Below are positions 62,498 to 64,000 of a DNA stretch of 64,000 bases, one piece after another. The stretch covers positions 46,741 to 110,740 of the forward strand of contig JBEKLQ010000002.1 of NCBI GenBank assembly GCA_050010115.1, written 5' to 3'. The position numbers were made by a program, and so were the translations under genes. The stretch is from Acidimicrobiales bacterium (GTDB lineage Bacteria > Actinomycetota > Acidimicrobiia > Acidimicrobiales > Bog-793). The notes beneath the pieces were generated by a model, which was given only the letters and a program-made list of their open reading frames with translations, did not search any database and was not told the DNA's origin. Numbering within the stretch: the first letter of the stretch is position 1; every line of letters begins with the position of its first letter.

Positions 62498-62869
62498 TCA
62501 GGCTTCCGCCCGGTCCAGCCCCAGGCTCCAGTTGAGTCGTGGCGCGTCCGACCACAGCCGTTCGAGGTTGTAGAACGACCGGGCCTCGTCACTGAAGACG
62601 TGGACGACGAAGTCTCCGAAATCCATGAGCACCCAGCGGGCGTCGTCGAGCCCTTCGACCGCCCGGGGCGACACCCCGCGGCCTTTCACCTGGCGCTCCA
62701 CTTCCTCAGCGATCGCCCGCACCTGGCGGTCGTTGTTGCCGCTCGAGATCACGAAGTAGTCAGTGATGGCGATCAGATCACCTACCTCGATGACCACTGT
62801 CGGCTCCGCTGTCTTGGCAGAAGCAGCACCGGCGGCAACGGTGACAAGATCGGTGGTCAAGTGGGCCAC
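62498..62869 (-). CDS. rsfS: Ribosome silencing factor RsfS (iojap family)
   Basis: …DYFVISSGNNDRQVRAIAEEVERQVK…WVLMDFGDFVVHVF…YNLERLW. Confidence 0.9.
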   Translation of the reverse strand: MAHLTTDLVTVAAGAASAKTAEPTVVIEVGDLIAITDYFVISSGNNDRQVRAIAEEVERQVKGRGVSPRAVEGLDDARWVLMDFGDFVVHVFSDEARSFYNLERLWSDAPRLNWSLGLDRAEA

Positions 62870-62912
62870 TCACCTCCCCGACATGGGCGTGCGCCCGAGC
62901 TACCCGAGATCG

Positions 62913-63605
62913 TCATCTCTCGACAACATACAGGGAGCGTTCGCGGATCACGCGGATGGCCTCCGACGGGACGAGAAAGTCGAGCGGGCGGCCGGTGGCG
63001 GCCCGGTCCCTCAAGTCGGAGCTGGAGATCTCGAGCGCGGGGATCTCGACGATGCTGACGTCCCAGCCGGCCAGTAGACCGGCGTCGACGCTCGCTGTGC
63101 CGGGCCGGTTGACGACGACTAGGCGCACCCGCGCCCGCACCTCGTCGATCCGCTCCCAGGTGCCGAGCATACCGGCCACGTCAGCCCCGATGACGAGGTA
63201 CAGCTCGGCCCCGGGGTTGGCGGCCTCGAGCTCGTCGAGGGTGTCGGCCGTGTACGACACACCGCCACGATCGATCTCCATCGACGACGCCTCGAGCCCA
63301 TCGCAGCCGCTCACAGCCGCTTCCACCAGGGCGAGGCGATGCCGGGCAGGAGTTACTGGGCGAGCGCCCACCTTCTGCCAGGGCTCGTTCGCGACGACGA
63401 GCAGCAGGCGGTCGAGCGACAGCTCGTAGTGGACGTTCACGGCTGCCACGAGGTGTCCGACATGCACTGGGTCGAACGTGCCGCCCAGGATCCCGATCCG
63501 GGTGGGGCCGCGCCCCGGGTCAGGGACGGGCAAAGGGGGCGCGGGAACGGTTAGATGCACGCAGGACGGCCGGCCGGGGCAGGTGACCGCCGGCCGCGCC
63601 ATCAC
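62913..63605 (-). CDS. nadD: Nicotinate-nucleotide adenylyltransferase
   Basis: …RIGILGGTFDPVHVGHL…, …ISSSDLR…. The N-terminal ~30 codons of the ORF may not be translated. Confidence 0.85.
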   Translation of the reverse strand: MMARPAVTCPGRPSCVHLTVPAPPLPVPDPGRGPTRIGILGGTFDPVHVGHLVAAVNVHYELSLDRLLLVVANEPWQKVGARPVTPARHRLALVEAAVSGCDGLEASSMEIDRGGVSYTADTLDELEAANPGAELYLVIGADVAGMLGTWERIDEVRARVRLVVVNRPGTASVDAGLLAGWDVSIVEIPALEISSSDLRDRAATGRPLDFLVPSEAIRVIRERSLYVVER

Positions 63606-63711
63606 GGTCGCGAGCGCATGGATACGGCCTCCGCACTCCGAATCGGAACGGGCGCATCGGATGAGGTTAGACGGTGCTTTGGCTCAGCACGGCGCCCTCT
63701 AACCTTGTGAG

Positions 63712-64000
63712 ATGGCAAGCAGTACCGGCTCCACCGAAAGCACGACGCAGGACGCGCCTGGGACGTGGTACCCGGGTTCCTGGCGGGACCACGAGGCGAC
63801 GCAGCTCCCCGTGTGGCCGGACCCGGCGGTAGCCGACGAGGTCCGTGCTCAACTGCGCAGGCTGCCGCCGCTCGTGTTCGCTGGCGAGGCGAGACGCTTG
63901 ACCCGAGCGCTCGCCCAAGTCGGCGCCGGCAAGGCGTTCGTCCTGCAGGCGGGCGACTGCGCCGAGTCGTTCGACGACTTCTCAGCCGATGCCATCCGGG
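63712..64000 (+). CDS. Class II 3-deoxy-7-phosphoheptulonate (DAHP) synthase, 5' partial (runs off the window)
   Basis: My own translation from the ATG at 63712: MASSTGSTESTTQDAPGTWYPGSWRDHEATQLPVWPDPAVADEVRAQLRRLPPLVFAGEARRLTRALAQVGAGKAFVLQAGDCAESFDDF…. This is the hallmark class II N-terminus. It is missing from the ORF track because there is no stop inside the window. Confidence 0.85.
   Translation, partial: MASSTGSTESTTQDAPGTWYPGSWRDHEATQLPVWPDPAVADEVRAQLRRLPPLVFAGEARRLTRALAQVGAGKAFVLQAGDCAESFDDFSADAIR

Overview
This is a GC-rich chromosomal segment with strong GC3 bias and an Actinobacteria-type core. The core signs are mtrA-mtrB-lpqB-like genes, a WhiG/FliA-type sigma factor next to xerC, and the conserved run rpsB-tsf-pyrH-frr-cdsA-dxr-(site-2 protease)-ispG, followed by rsfS, nadD and a class II DAHP synthase. 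The right half (about 28-64 kb) is mostly ordinary housekeeping or accessory metabolism: lysine catabolism (lat plus an aldehyde dehydrogenase), an SbcD/SbcC-like pair, an Eis-like GNAT, and various hydrolases and reductases.

The left half (about 1.2-28 kb) is the unusual part and begins next to a tRNA-Leu. It has three pieces:
- A signal-less EBDH/NarG-type molybdoenzyme operon in the order alpha-gamma-beta-delta, preceded by an Rrf2 regulator.
- A second Rrf2 regulator heading a tightly overlapping train of 13 minus-strand genes, about 15 kb long. It encodes four CrtI/CtmAB-type FAD oxidoreductase paralogs, two SCP2-like proteins, a small unknown protein, an orphan paralog of the Mo-bisPGD alpha subunit coupled to a nitroreductase-fold protein, two paralogous 4-TM proteins, and a truncated adenylate-forming domain.
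- A divergent acyl-CoA module: acyl-CoA dehydrogenase, nitroreductase, SCPx-type thiolase and acyl-CoA ligase.

A shared 17-bp palindrome overlaps the -10 regions in front of both operons. My leading hypothesis is an undescribed, Rrf2-controlled, O2-independent system that activates and degrades a hydrophobic substrate (terpenoid, sterol or hydrocarbon). This is inference only.

All calls come from reading the sequence and the ORF translations. No database search was run.
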